Assembly (NCBI GenBank): GCA_011364925.1
Contig: RDOA01000008.1
Location: 1-64,000, forward strand
Length of the DNA stretch: 64,000 bases
Direction of reading: 5' to 3'
DNA from: Promethearchaeota archaeon
GTDB taxonomy: Archaea; Asgardarchaeota; Lokiarchaeia; Sigyniarchaeales; SOKP01
Every line of letters starts with the position of its first letter. Within the stretch, counting starts at the first letter, position 1. The notes under the pieces were generated by a model that ran no database searches, was not told the origin of the DNA, and saw nothing but the letters and a program-made list of their open reading frames with translations. This document shows positions 17,443-26,228 of the stretch, in pieces. The position numbers and the translations under genes are program-made.

Positions 17443-17531
17443 GCGAGAGTTTACAACAATCAAAAGAGAAGCTCTCAGACTTAGTGTAATGAGGGCTTTA
17501 ACATGGAAGCCGTCGACGATAAGTCTTTCGA
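17443..17531 (+). repeat. Repeat copy R14 (degenerate)
   Basis: GCGAG..CAAAAGAGAAGCTC..CAGACTTAGTGTAATGAGGGCTT...GACGATAAGTCTTTCGA, colinear with R3. Confidence 0.65.
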
Positions 17532-17586
17532 TTAATAACGAAAATTTCATTAATCTTTTTATTGGTATTTCTCTTTTACTTTTATT

Positions 17587-18252
17587 GTGAATTGGAAAAA
17601 GAAAGTTTTGATAATACTAATTAGTGTTCTCGCGTTGGGAATAATTCTAACTCCTATAGTTAACAATTTTATTGTAATAAATTTTCAAATTTATTATATT
17701 ATAGATTACGATATAGAGGCACAGGATAGAGAGGAGATCATAAGTAGAGTAGAGACATTTAATTATAGCTCATATCTGAATCATATCCCCTGGAGTCACG
17801 ATTTATATAAAAGCTACATTGATGGGGATTATGTGATGTATTTGAAAAATAGCATTGAAAGGGACAATGGATTTCATTGGGCACTTGGGTATGAGCATTA
17901 TCTTAGATATTCATTTACGGCAAGTAATCGTTCCAGTTTGTATTTGACATATAATAATAATACGATCTTTGGCGTGGCAGATCAAGCAAACACCACCCTT
18001 TTATCTATTGATGATTATTTTTGGGACTATGTGGCGTTGTATTTAAATTTCACATGTTTATCGTATGTATATAGCAACAATAGCACGGTGTTATTGAAAA
18101 ACACGATTATTATCCATTTGAAGTTAGAATACGGTTATTTCTGTGGAAGTTTATGTGGGTTGTGGCATGATATTAATCAATATCTAGTTTTAAGTAATTC
18201 TTTAGATGTGATCGTGATTTTTATCTATTCTCTTTTTCCATCAGTTTCTTAA
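17587..18252 (+). CDS. Membrane-anchored hypothetical protein
   Basis: N-terminal TM or signal sequence; CGSLCG motif. Confidence 0.75.
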   Translation: MNWKKKVLIILISVLALGIILTPIVNNFIVINFQIYYIIDYDIEAQDREEIISRVETFNYSSYLNHIPWSHDLYKSYIDGDYVMYLKNSIERDNGFHWALGYEHYLRYSFTASNRSSLYLTYNNNTIFGVADQANTTLLSIDDYFWDYVALYLNFTCLSYVYSNNSTVLLKNTIIIHLKLEYGYFCGSLCGLWHDINQYLVLSNSLDVIVIFIYSLFPSVS

Positions 18253-18426
18253 AGCGATGAATATTATAAGACGATAGAAACTCTAAATTATAATTTAGAA
18301 AGATAGGACGAATTATGAGATAAAAACAAGAATATCTATGGGTATAAAAATACTTAATTTTGAATAGTTTAAAATATCACTTTAACTTATTTATTCCTTG
18401 AAATCAATTGTTGAAGAGGTTGTTAT

Positions 18427-18981
18427 ATGACCCAGAACGAGATTAAAACAGTGAGCTTGCTTGGGCTTAAAATAAATAGTAAAATCGCCGTAATTCTCTT
18501 TTACATAATTTTTCCATCAATGTTAAATTTATTCCCAATGCTGATCTATTATGGATTATCCTTTATTGAATACCCTCCCTTAGATTTATTTGCAAATCCT
18601 ATGTACCTCCTAGCTATAACGCTTTATATCGTGATACCACTTCTCTTAATTCCTCTTTTGATCTATATCTTGGTTGTGTGTATTTTGGCTCGGAAAATTT
18701 CTCGAGCTCAAGAAGTAGATAAGGTGCGCTGGTTCTGTTTTCGTTTAGACAATATTTCTCTCATCGTCCTTTTTGTATTATCTATCGTCAATCTTTTTTT
18801 CGACATTCAAGCATTATTTAGCTATATAGGTAATTTAATCACCTTTATTGGATTCTCACCTCCTCCACAAACCATACTTATTCAGATCTATACCTCGATG
18901 ATAATCATTTTATTTATGATGGGATTTTACATCTATACCTTGATTGTATGTGCGATGAATCGAAGGTTATTAAGGCAATAA
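18427..18981 (+). CDS. 4-TM membrane protein with internal two-fold repeat
   Basis: Hydrophobic segments; repeated L.I....YxLxVC pattern. Confidence 0.75.
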   Translation: MTQNEIKTVSLLGLKINSKIAVILFYIIFPSMLNLFPMLIYYGLSFIEYPPLDLFANPMYLLAITLYIVIPLLLIPLLIYILVVCILARKISRAQEVDKVRWFCFRLDNISLIVLFVLSIVNLFFDIQALFSYIGNLITFIGFSPPPQTILIQIYTSMIIILFMMGFYIYTLIVCAMNRRLLRQ

Positions 18982-19022
18982 ACTCTTTTGATAATCTTTT
19001 TTTTGCCTTTTTTGAGCAAATG

Positions 19023-19074
19023 AGGCTTAGAGTTTTAAGGGTTTGTGTAGTAGTTAGGCGATAGAAGATTCGAT
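19023..19074 (+). repeat. Repeat copy R15 (degenerate, subtype B)
   Basis: AGGCTTAGAG..AAGGGTTTGTGTAG..GGCGATAGAAGATTCGA. Confidence 0.6.
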
Positions 19075-19181
19075 ATAAAAATTCTAATTTTTAAACATTC
19101 TAAAAAACTTCTATAAGAAAAAATCATAACTTTTAATAATCTCGTTCAAAATTCCTGAACAAACAACAGAATCAAGTTGGA

Positions 19182-20033
19182 TTATACCGTGTTATAGCCA
19201 TCATTTGGTTGATACGCTCTAAAATAATCAATCTTAAATGTTTTTGGATAGGGAACTTTTGGATCGTATTGACCTGTCCAAGCCCCTTCGAATCGATGTT
19301 CAAAAATACTAAGTAATAATTGCATCGAGTAATGAGGGGACTGATTAATCGTACGGATTTTTTTATTATCAAGATAAAAATCTAAACATGATGGTTTCCA
19401 TTCTAATCCATAAATATGATATTGAGAAGTGTCGATATTAAAATAATCTTCATAGAATTCATCTCGTATCTGTGGATCACCCCAAGGATGAACCCCGTAT
19501 CGAATGCCTGACGACTTAGAACTTGTATGAGAGCCTACTAACTCAAATATTGCGATTTCTGACGATTTTTTGGGAGAATCTTCATAACCTATCATCCATA
19601 AAGCAACATGATTAGCACTCGTTTTAAGACCCTTTGCTCTGAGTTCAAAATATCCGTATTGTGGAGTATAATTTTGAATATTTTCCTGTTCTTCTCTAAC
19701 CACCAAAGAATCGCTAAATCTGTGTTGACCTAATTTGCTTCCGAGAGGACCTGCAAATTCTCCCGTTTGAATAGAAGAGCATCTCACCTCTCCATCAAAT
19801 TCAGGGCACCATGGCTGTTGTTCTTTTGTGATTTGAAGCACTAAATTTCCGCTCTCAAAATAATAATTTGCTTTTGATTGTTCTCTGGAACTCCAATGAG
19901 GTAAGTAATATGGAATCCAATTATTATTATCAAGAATTGAACCCTCAAATTCATCATTGAACACCAGAGTATAACCTGATCTTTCCAGCGGGTTGGCCGG
20001 AAAATCTCCAAGAGATTGATTTTCATAATTCAT
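19182..20033 (-). CDS. Glycoside hydrolase family 16 protein
   Basis: LVFNDEFEG, YGYFELRAK, EIAIFE, YHIYGLEW, IDYFRAYQ. Confidence 0.88.
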   Translation of the reverse strand: MNYENQSLGDFPANPLERSGYTLVFNDEFEGSILDNNNWIPYYLPHWSSREQSKANYYFESGNLVLQITKEQQPWCPEFDGEVRCSSIQTGEFAGPLGSKLGQHRFSDSLVVREEQENIQNYTPQYGYFELRAKGLKTSANHVALWMIGYEDSPKKSSEIAIFELVGSHTSSKSSGIRYGVHPWGDPQIRDEFYEDYFNIDTSQYHIYGLEWKPSCLDFYLDNKKIRTINQSPHYSMQLLLSIFEHRFEGAWTGQYDPKVPYPKTFKIDYFRAYQPNDGYNTV

Positions 20034-20097
20034 TTTTTTAGATTCCTCAGAAATTCTCTTTTTATTGATGTATGATTTTTAAAAGTCATTATAAAAA

Positions 20098-20964
20098 TTA
20101 TAACATATCAGAAAACAGACTTTTTCTTATACTTTTTCCCGTTTTAGTTGCTGCGATTCCTCCTTTTCCCGTCTCTTTTAATTCATATGGTAATTTACGA
20201 CCAACTTTCATCATAGCATCCACAACTTCATCTGCTGGGATAATGGATGTAACACCTGATAAAGCCATTTCAGCAGCTAAAAATGCGTTAACCACACCTA
20301 TAGCATTCCTTTTAATGCAGGGTGAAATGACTAAACCGGCAACTGGATCACAAACAAGGCCTAATAGATTTTTTAATGTTATTGCAATCGCGTTGTCTAT
20401 CTGAAGATGCGTCCCCCCTGCCATATATGTTATAGCCGCCGCTGCCATTGCAGATGCAACTCCAATTTCAGCTTGGCACCCTCCTTCACTTCCCGAAAGC
20501 ATTGCGTTATTTCCTATAATTGCTCCTATAGCTGCAGCGACGATTAAAGCATTTAATACTTCATCGTCCGACTTATTAAGGATTTCTTTCGCTTTAAAAA
20601 GAACAGCAGGCAGGGTTCCAGAAGAACCTGCTGTAGGACAAGCAACAATTAATCCCATCCCACTATTGTATTCGCCGATAGCCATTGCCCAGCCAACTGC
20701 TTCTTTTAAATTATTTCCGCAAAAAATTCCAGGTGAAAGCATTTTTTTTGCCTGATGGCTTGCTTCTTTGATAGGTAATTCAATATCACTTGTAAGGGCT
20801 TTTTCAAGGGACTGTTTCATGATATTTAGCGACTTATTAAGTTTTTCAATTATAAACTTTTTAGGAACATTATGAAATTCCATTTCATCGTTTATTATTA
20901 ATTCATGTAATGGAATCCCTAGAGTTTTAGATTCATTGAGCAGAATAGAAATTGATTCAAACAT
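20098..20964 (-). CDS. sdaAA: L-serine dehydratase, Fe-S-dependent, alpha subunit
   Basis: PTAGSSG, GGCQAEIG, LGLVCDPVAGLV..PCIKRN. Confidence 0.95.
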   Translation of the reverse strand: MFESISILLNESKTLGIPLHELIINDEMEFHNVPKKFIIEKLNKSLNIMKQSLEKALTSDIELPIKEASHQAKKMLSPGIFCGNNLKEAVGWAMAIGEYNSGMGLIVACPTAGSSGTLPAVLFKAKEILNKSDDEVLNALIVAAAIGAIIGNNAMLSGSEGGCQAEIGVASAMAAAAITYMAGGTHLQIDNAIAITLKNLLGLVCDPVAGLVISPCIKRNAIGVVNAFLAAEMALSGVTSIIPADEVVDAMMKVGRKLPYELKETGKGGIAATKTGKSIRKSLFSDML

Positions 20965-21622
20965 TAATTACCCTCACCCAAATTATTTCTGAATTATCTT
21001 TCAATGCATCAATTACATCTTCTGGTATCGCTGTATCTGCTTCAAGCCACGTTAAAGCTATCTTTTTTTTCAAATTTCTGGAGATTTTCATCGATCCTAT
21101 ATTTAATTTAAATTTTTGAAGCGTGTTTGCTATATTCACAAGTGCTCCAATCCTATCGTGATTTAATATCACTAATGTGTTCGGTTCTCCCCCAAATCCT
21201 GCTTCTAACCCATCAACTTCTTTGATTATTATGTTACCCCCTCCAATTGAGGAACCAATTACATTCATTTTTTCTGTTCCATCAAACATCTCTATGCTAA
21301 CTGAATTTGGATGATAATCTGCTCCTAAATCCACTACTTCAAACGAATAATCAAGGCCTTCTTTTTCAGCAATTTCAAATGCGTGTTTGATCATATCATC
21401 TTCAGGTGTAAATCCCAGTAATCCAGCTAAAATTGCGATATCCGTACCATGACCTTTATATGTCTCTGCAAATGAACCATGAAGCCCTATTTTTACAGAT
21501 TTAGGTTTTTTTCCAAATAATAACCGTGCGACATACGCAATTTGACACGCTCCAGCAGTATGACTTGAGCTTGGACCAACCATGATATGGCCAATAACAT
21601 CAAAGATAGAAGTGTATTTCAT
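20957..21622 (-). CDS. sdaAB: L-serine dehydratase beta subunit (with ACT domain)
   Basis: SIFDVIGHIMVGPSSSHTAGA, GSFAETYKGHGTD. Confidence 0.95.
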   Translation of the reverse strand: MKYTSIFDVIGHIMVGPSSSHTAGACQIAYVARLLFGKKPKSVKIGLHGSFAETYKGHGTDIAILAGLLGFTPEDDMIKHAFEIAEKEGLDYSFEVVDLGADYHPNSVSIEMFDGTEKMNVIGSSIGGGNIIIKEVDGLEAGFGGEPNTLVILNHDRIGALVNIANTLQKFKLNIGSMKISRNLKKKIALTWLEADTAIPEDVIDALKDNSEIIWVRVINV

Positions 21623-21756
21623 AACTTATTTCAACTTAATTTAATATATAAATATTTACGATTCTTGCTTGTACTTAGTTCGAGATCTATTCATTGAAAC
21701 AACATTTTTATTAACGGTTTACTTTTTACTGATCTAAGGCAAAGTTAAATTAAAAC

Positions 21757-22137
21757 TTGTTACGCGTGAATTATAAAAGCAACCCCCAATATTCATTTCC
21801 AAGATACAAAATTTTATTGATTTCTAAGGATAAACCAACCATCCAGTTGATGAACAGCTATTTTGATAGCAAGCAGTTTAGTGTTTATAATGCGTTAAGT
21901 TTTGCTCAAGCTCGGGAGGAATTAAAACGCTATATCCCCCTTTTAATCTTATTGGACAGGAGTCTTCCAGAGGATAACCGGAACATACTCATGGAACAAT
22001 TGAAACTCGATAAAAGGTTGAGTAAAGTTCCGATTAAAATCTTTGTAAGAAAGGAGTTTGAAAGAAAGAGCTTTTTTAAGGTTAGAAAAGAAGCTCAATC
22101 CTACAAAGAAGATATTGTTGATTATTACAAATTTTAA
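21757..22137 (+). CDS. Degenerate single receiver-domain protein
   Basis: KILLIS..PLLILLDRSLP pattern. Confidence 0.65.
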   Translation: MLRVNYKSNPQYSFPRYKILLISKDKPTIQLMNSYFDSKQFSVYNALSFAQAREELKRYIPLLILLDRSLPEDNRNILMEQLKLDKRLSKVPIKIFVRKEFERKSFFKVRKEAQSYKEDIVDYYKF

Positions 22138-22237
22138 ATCTTCTTGACCATCACTTCTAAAAAAATTAGATAATATTTGCGTAGAGATATTCTAAGATTG
22201 AAAGGATTTTTTTAGTTAATTAAATTAATTTAACATT

Positions 22238-22726
22238 ATGAAAATTCTAGTTATTTATTTCACGATGTCAGGAAGGACGAAAAAAACTGCTGAAGCGATC
22301 GCAAGTGCTCTACGCGACCATGAGGTGAGTTTTTTACCTATACAATTGACTGGTAAATTTATCGAAAAGATAAAAAAATTAGATAAATTCGAGAACAACG
22401 ATTATTCAGACATAGAGTCCCAACTTACGGCGCTTAATGCCGTAAACTATGGTTTAATGATAATCGGTATGCCTACCTATGGAAATTTTCCTCCCAAGGT
22501 TTATAGCGAAATCTTAAGGAGGTTGAACGATTTAAACGGGAAAATGGTAGTATTATTCAATACCGCTCGATTTTCTGGTGGAAATTGTCTTGAATATATG
22601 AAAGAAAAGATTGAAGAAGTTGGTGGTAAAGTAATCGAGCAATCTAAATTTAGGAAATTATTCTGGATTGGGACCAAAAATGCGATTAAGTTTGGTAACC
22701 AAATCAATGAGACTATTACTTCATGA
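22238..22726 (+). CDS. Flavodoxin family protein
   Basis: YFTMSGRT, IGMPTY motifs. Confidence 0.85.
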   Translation: MKILVIYFTMSGRTKKTAEAIASALRDHEVSFLPIQLTGKFIEKIKKLDKFENNDYSDIESQLTALNAVNYGLMIIGMPTYGNFPPKVYSEILRRLNDLNGKMVVLFNTARFSGGNCLEYMKEKIEEVGGKVIEQSKFRKLFWIGTKNAIKFGNQINETITS

Positions 22727-22845
22727 AGCAGAGAAAAAATCCATAAAGAGAATTACACTCTAAAATTTAATATTGGTGAAGTTATTAGATTATGAGAGTT
22801 TTTAAAAATTTTAGAGAATTCTTAAAAAGCAAAAAAAAAAAAAGG

Positions 22846-23367
22846 TTATCGATAGGATATTTCCCAAATACCTTTAAACTCTTTCTGATTATTCAACTTT
22901 CCTGAAACAATCACCTCGTGGCATTCATGTAATTTTAATAGGGTGATAAGTGAACTTCGATCGAACTTCACCATCAAGTCGAGAAGGTTGTCATTATCGA
23001 AATCATAAATCTGCGTCGGTTTTTCTTCCGCAGGTATCTCATTGTTAAGTAAAACAGTGCTAAGATCAATGTTTTCTACACTATACCCCTCTGGTAATTC
23101 TATGTAAACGGTTATCCATTTTCCTTTACTATTCAAATTTAGAGTGTGTGGATTAAGCCTTATTGATGCTACTATCACATCATTGTCCTTATCTTTGTCC
23201 TGATCTGGCTTTTCTTCATGTTGTGTATCATCAATATCCTTTTCAATTGGAATATCATCGTCATATTGCGATTCAGTAAAAAATGTGCTAATACCTGAAC
23301 TAAAAATTATCCCAAAACCAAAGAACACAACTAAAATTCCTGCTATTTTTTTCTGCATGAAGCTCAC
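22846..23367 (-). CDS. Membrane-anchored or secreted hypothetical protein
   Basis: N-terminal TM, acidic linker, PHTLNLNSKGKWITVYIELP domain, DFDNDN Ca-binding-like motif. Confidence 0.75.
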   Translation of the reverse strand: MSFMQKKIAGILVVFFGFGIIFSSGISTFFTESQYDDDIPIEKDIDDTQHEEKPDQDKDKDNDVIVASIRLNPHTLNLNSKGKWITVYIELPEGYSVENIDLSTVLLNNEIPAEEKPTQIYDFDNDNLLDLMVKFDRSSLITLLKLHECHEVIVSGKLNNQKEFKGIWEISYR

Positions 23368-23517
23368 ATTTCAGTAAAAAAAAACCCTACAAAATGATAA
23401 AATAACTCATATTTAAATATTTGCTAATTTTTCGACCGATTTTTTCATTTTTTTCTCGGAAATTATTAGAAAATCGCTTTCTGGAGAATTAAATAGAACT
23501 TTGTTCCTTTTTTTCCC

Positions 23518-23540
23518 ATGAATTAATGGAATTAATTCAT
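23518..23540. promoter_or_regulatory. Perfect 10-bp inverted repeat in a divergent intergenic region
   Basis: ATGAATTAAT-GGA-ATTAATTCAT. Confidence 0.35.
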
Positions 23541-23688
23541 CAATTTTTAATGGACAGAAACGACCTAAATAAAAGAATTAAAACTTAAATGACACCCTAA
23601 TGCATTTAAATATTAAGCAGATTTATTTAAAATTTAACAGAACCATCTTTTTTAATTAAGCGTAATCAAATATCTATGGGGAGAAATC

Positions 23689-24252
23689 TTGGATTGGATA
23701 AAACTTGCAAAGATCAAAAACTATTTATCTAACAGGATAGATGAGATAAAGGAGGGAAGTTACGTTCCCTCATATAAACAAATTAAAGCTTTGCCGGAAT
23801 TCAAGGGTGTTAGTGAGGAAACTTTTAATGTCGCTCGAAAGGAGTGGTATTTACGACATTTTGGTATGCGGGCAAAAAAGTTTACCGCACATTTAAAACT
23901 AATCAAGGAGGGCAACCTCTCTGAGTTGGTTCGGAACAATTATATGACGCAGTTGGAAGAGACAAAGCCACAGTACATCTCTGAGAAGGAATATACGGAA
24001 TATGCTATTAAAAAGCTAAAAAAGGATGTTTATAATGGATTGTGTTTTTTAATTCCAGGAGTACTGCTCTTAGCAAATGCACTTGTTGTTATGATTGTTC
24101 TTCATTGGGATTGGAATTATATAGGCGGATATGTTCAACTTGCGTCTATAATTATGTGTATTGGTCTATTTGCAATGGGTATTGGAATTTTAGTTATGAT
24201 TCACCCCAGGATTAAAGCTCGAAAACTTGAAAATGACCTTATGAAATTATAG
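23689..24252 (+). CDS. Hypothetical protein with two C-terminal TM helices
   Basis: ORF length and hydrophobicity pattern. Confidence 0.7.
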   Translation: MDWIKLAKIKNYLSNRIDEIKEGSYVPSYKQIKALPEFKGVSEETFNVARKEWYLRHFGMRAKKFTAHLKLIKEGNLSELVRNNYMTQLEETKPQYISEKEYTEYAIKKLKKDVYNGLCFLIPGVLLLANALVVMIVLHWDWNYIGGYVQLASIIMCIGLFAMGIGILVMIHPRIKARKLENDLMKL

Positions 24253-24462
24253 AGTGTTATCTATCATTCTTCTTTTCGTTAGCTCGGAAATAGTAGTTCT
24301 TATTTTTGATATTCTATCTCACCGGATTTTTATAAATCTTTTTACTGTGGTTAATCTTGTTCTTAATTAAAAGTTACTTCCATAATTACTAGCAAAAGAG
24401 CTGAATCCACTGTTAATATTTCATGTTTAGCAGTGTAGGGTGCTTAGAACAGAAAAGAACGT

Positions 24463-24894
24463 CTAAATCTCCCGAGACAGACGTAAATTTTTTTGTCTAA
24501 ACTTGTCTGCTTTTTTTAAAAGATTTTTAGCGTTTTCAAAGGTTACCTGAGTAATTGCCCTATCGAGGGGTAACCAGAGATAAGCTTCGTGCTCGTAGCT
24601 AATTTTGACATTTTTAGTGTTCGAGTTGATAAGAAAGCACCGTACGTATTTATGAATTCTTTGACCATCGAATGTGAATTTATAGTCATAAGATTCTTCG
24701 AATCCCTTTATGATGATTGCGTCAATAATTCCCGTTTCTTCCCTCAACTCCCTTAAGATTGTTTGTTCATCAGATTCGTTTGCTTCTTTATGACCTTTTA
24801 CAAATTCCCAATGACCTAAACCGTATTTAAGAAGCAAGTACTCGTTTTCGTGGTAAACGATTGCTGCGACTGAATATTCTTCCTTTAAGTTCAT
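24463..24894 (-). CDS. NUDIX hydrolase (Ap4A hydrolase-like)
   Basis: GHWEFVKGHKEANESDEQTILRELREETG, SYEHEAYLW. Confidence 0.92.
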   Translation of the reverse strand: MNLKEEYSVAAIVYHENEYLLLKYGLGHWEFVKGHKEANESDEQTILRELREETGIIDAIIIKGFEESYDYKFTFDGQRIHKYVRCFLINSNTKNVKISYEHEAYLWLPLDRAITQVTFENAKNLLKKADKFRQKNLRLSREI

Positions 24895-24909
24895 TTCTCA
24901 ATTATATTA

Positions 24910-24954
24910 CGATAGTCAGATAATTAGAAATAAACCACCGTACTTCATATATTT
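24910..24954 (+). repeat. 45-bp imperfect direct repeat, left copy
   Basis: CGATAGTCAGATAATTAGAAATA-N10-CTTCATATATTT, repeated at 26158-26202. Confidence 0.9.
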
Positions 24955-25144
24955 GCAACATTTGATTCAAATATCCATCTTGTTTATCTTTATTTCTTAA
25001 TCAAAATATCATTCCTCGTCATTTATTTTAAGACCAGAAATATCAATTTAATATTCGTTTATTAACATAAATTTATATATCAAATTAATCGTTTTATTCT
25101 TGGTAGGACTATTTATTAATCCATGGTTAATTAAGTACTGAGGT

Positions 25145-26119
25145 ATGAACCGATTGGAAGATTCTAAATCTCTCTATGAAAAAGCAGGAAGGCCTAAAGA
25201 AGCAAAATATAAGATATTATTTACAGGTTTGGATGGGGCAGGAAAAACAAGCATAATCTTGGCTCTGCAGAGGGAATTCTCAAAAATAGCTTTAATTGAA
25301 CCAACGAGGGGTGCTGAAAGGAGCAATTTTACATTATTAGGAAGAGAGATTACAGAATGGGATTTAGGAGGTCAAAAAAATTATCTTATTTCCTACCTAA
25401 AAAGCCCCGGCAAATATTTTGATGAGACAGCAATTGCAATTTATGTTATTGATATATTAGACACGTCTCGTATTGTTGAATCTCTGAGTTATTTCTATAA
25501 TGTCATTGATAAATTCAGAGAATTGAAAATTGAACCCTATATCAACATTTTCTTTCATAAATATGATCCCAAGTTAATCCAAAGCGTAGAAGAACAAATT
25601 CAATCTAAAATTTTTGGGCTAAAAAGAGAAATTACTCAGAAAGTGAATTATAATAAGATTCAATATTTTACAACTTCAATATATAATCCATATTCAATCA
25701 TGAATGCAATGTCTAAAATTTTACTTGATTTATTTCCAAAATCAGAGTTGTTACAAAAAACAATTGAAGAATTTGCGAGAAAACTGGATTGTGAAGGGTT
25801 AATGGTTATTGATAAAAATTCGATTATTTTAGGTTCCTTCTTCAAAGATGACGAGTCAAAAAAACTTTTAAGCAGTACAATTGCATACTTTTTGACTCTT
25901 AATGATGTATTTGATGAGATGGACATAGAACAACAAGAAGATCAACTTGTTCTTGGAAAAATGGGAAGATATTTCTTATTCAAACCAATCCTCTTAAGAG
26001 AAACATCCATAGCATACTATATGCTAGTATTAAAGAAACACAATCCATTTAATATCTATTATATAAACAAAGATTTTCAGACATTCGCTAATATGTTCAA
26101 GGATATTGTTAATAGTTAA
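25145..26119 (+). CDS. Arf/Rag-like small GTPase with C-terminal roadblock-like domain
   Basis: GLDGAGKT, WDLGGQ, HKYD; paralog of 33888..34853. Confidence 0.92.
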   Translation: MNRLEDSKSLYEKAGRPKEAKYKILFTGLDGAGKTSIILALQREFSKIALIEPTRGAERSNFTLLGREITEWDLGGQKNYLISYLKSPGKYFDETAIAIYVIDILDTSRIVESLSYFYNVIDKFRELKIEPYINIFFHKYDPKLIQSVEEQIQSKIFGLKREITQKVNYNKIQYFTTSIYNPYSIMNAMSKILLDLFPKSELLQKTIEEFARKLDCEGLMVIDKNSIILGSFFKDDESKKLLSSTIAYFLTLNDVFDEMDIEQQEDQLVLGKMGRYFLFKPILLRETSIAYYMLVLKKHNPFNIYYINKDFQTFANMFKDIVNS

Positions 26120-26157
26120 TCTCAACAGCGCAAAAATTATCATCATAATCAATATTT

Positions 26158-26202
26158 CGATAGTCAGATAATTAGAAATACCCCGTTGTTCTTCATATAT
26201 TT
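26158..26202 (+). repeat. 45-bp imperfect direct repeat, right copy
   Basis: 23/23 and 12/12 identical blocks with the same 10-nt spacer length as 24910-24954. Confidence 0.9.
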
Positions 26203-26228
26203 TACTTTTCCTAGCAACTAAATCTTCA

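Noticed and set aside
1404-19074. CRISPR array interpretation of the repeats
   Set aside because: Intervals are 0.3-2.4 kb and contain genes, repeat length varies about 8-fold, and there are no cas genes.
18270-22205. Possible further repeat remnants (GACGATAGAAACTC ~18270; TTCTAAGATTGAAAGG ~22190)
   Set aside because: Too short and AT-rich to distinguish from chance.
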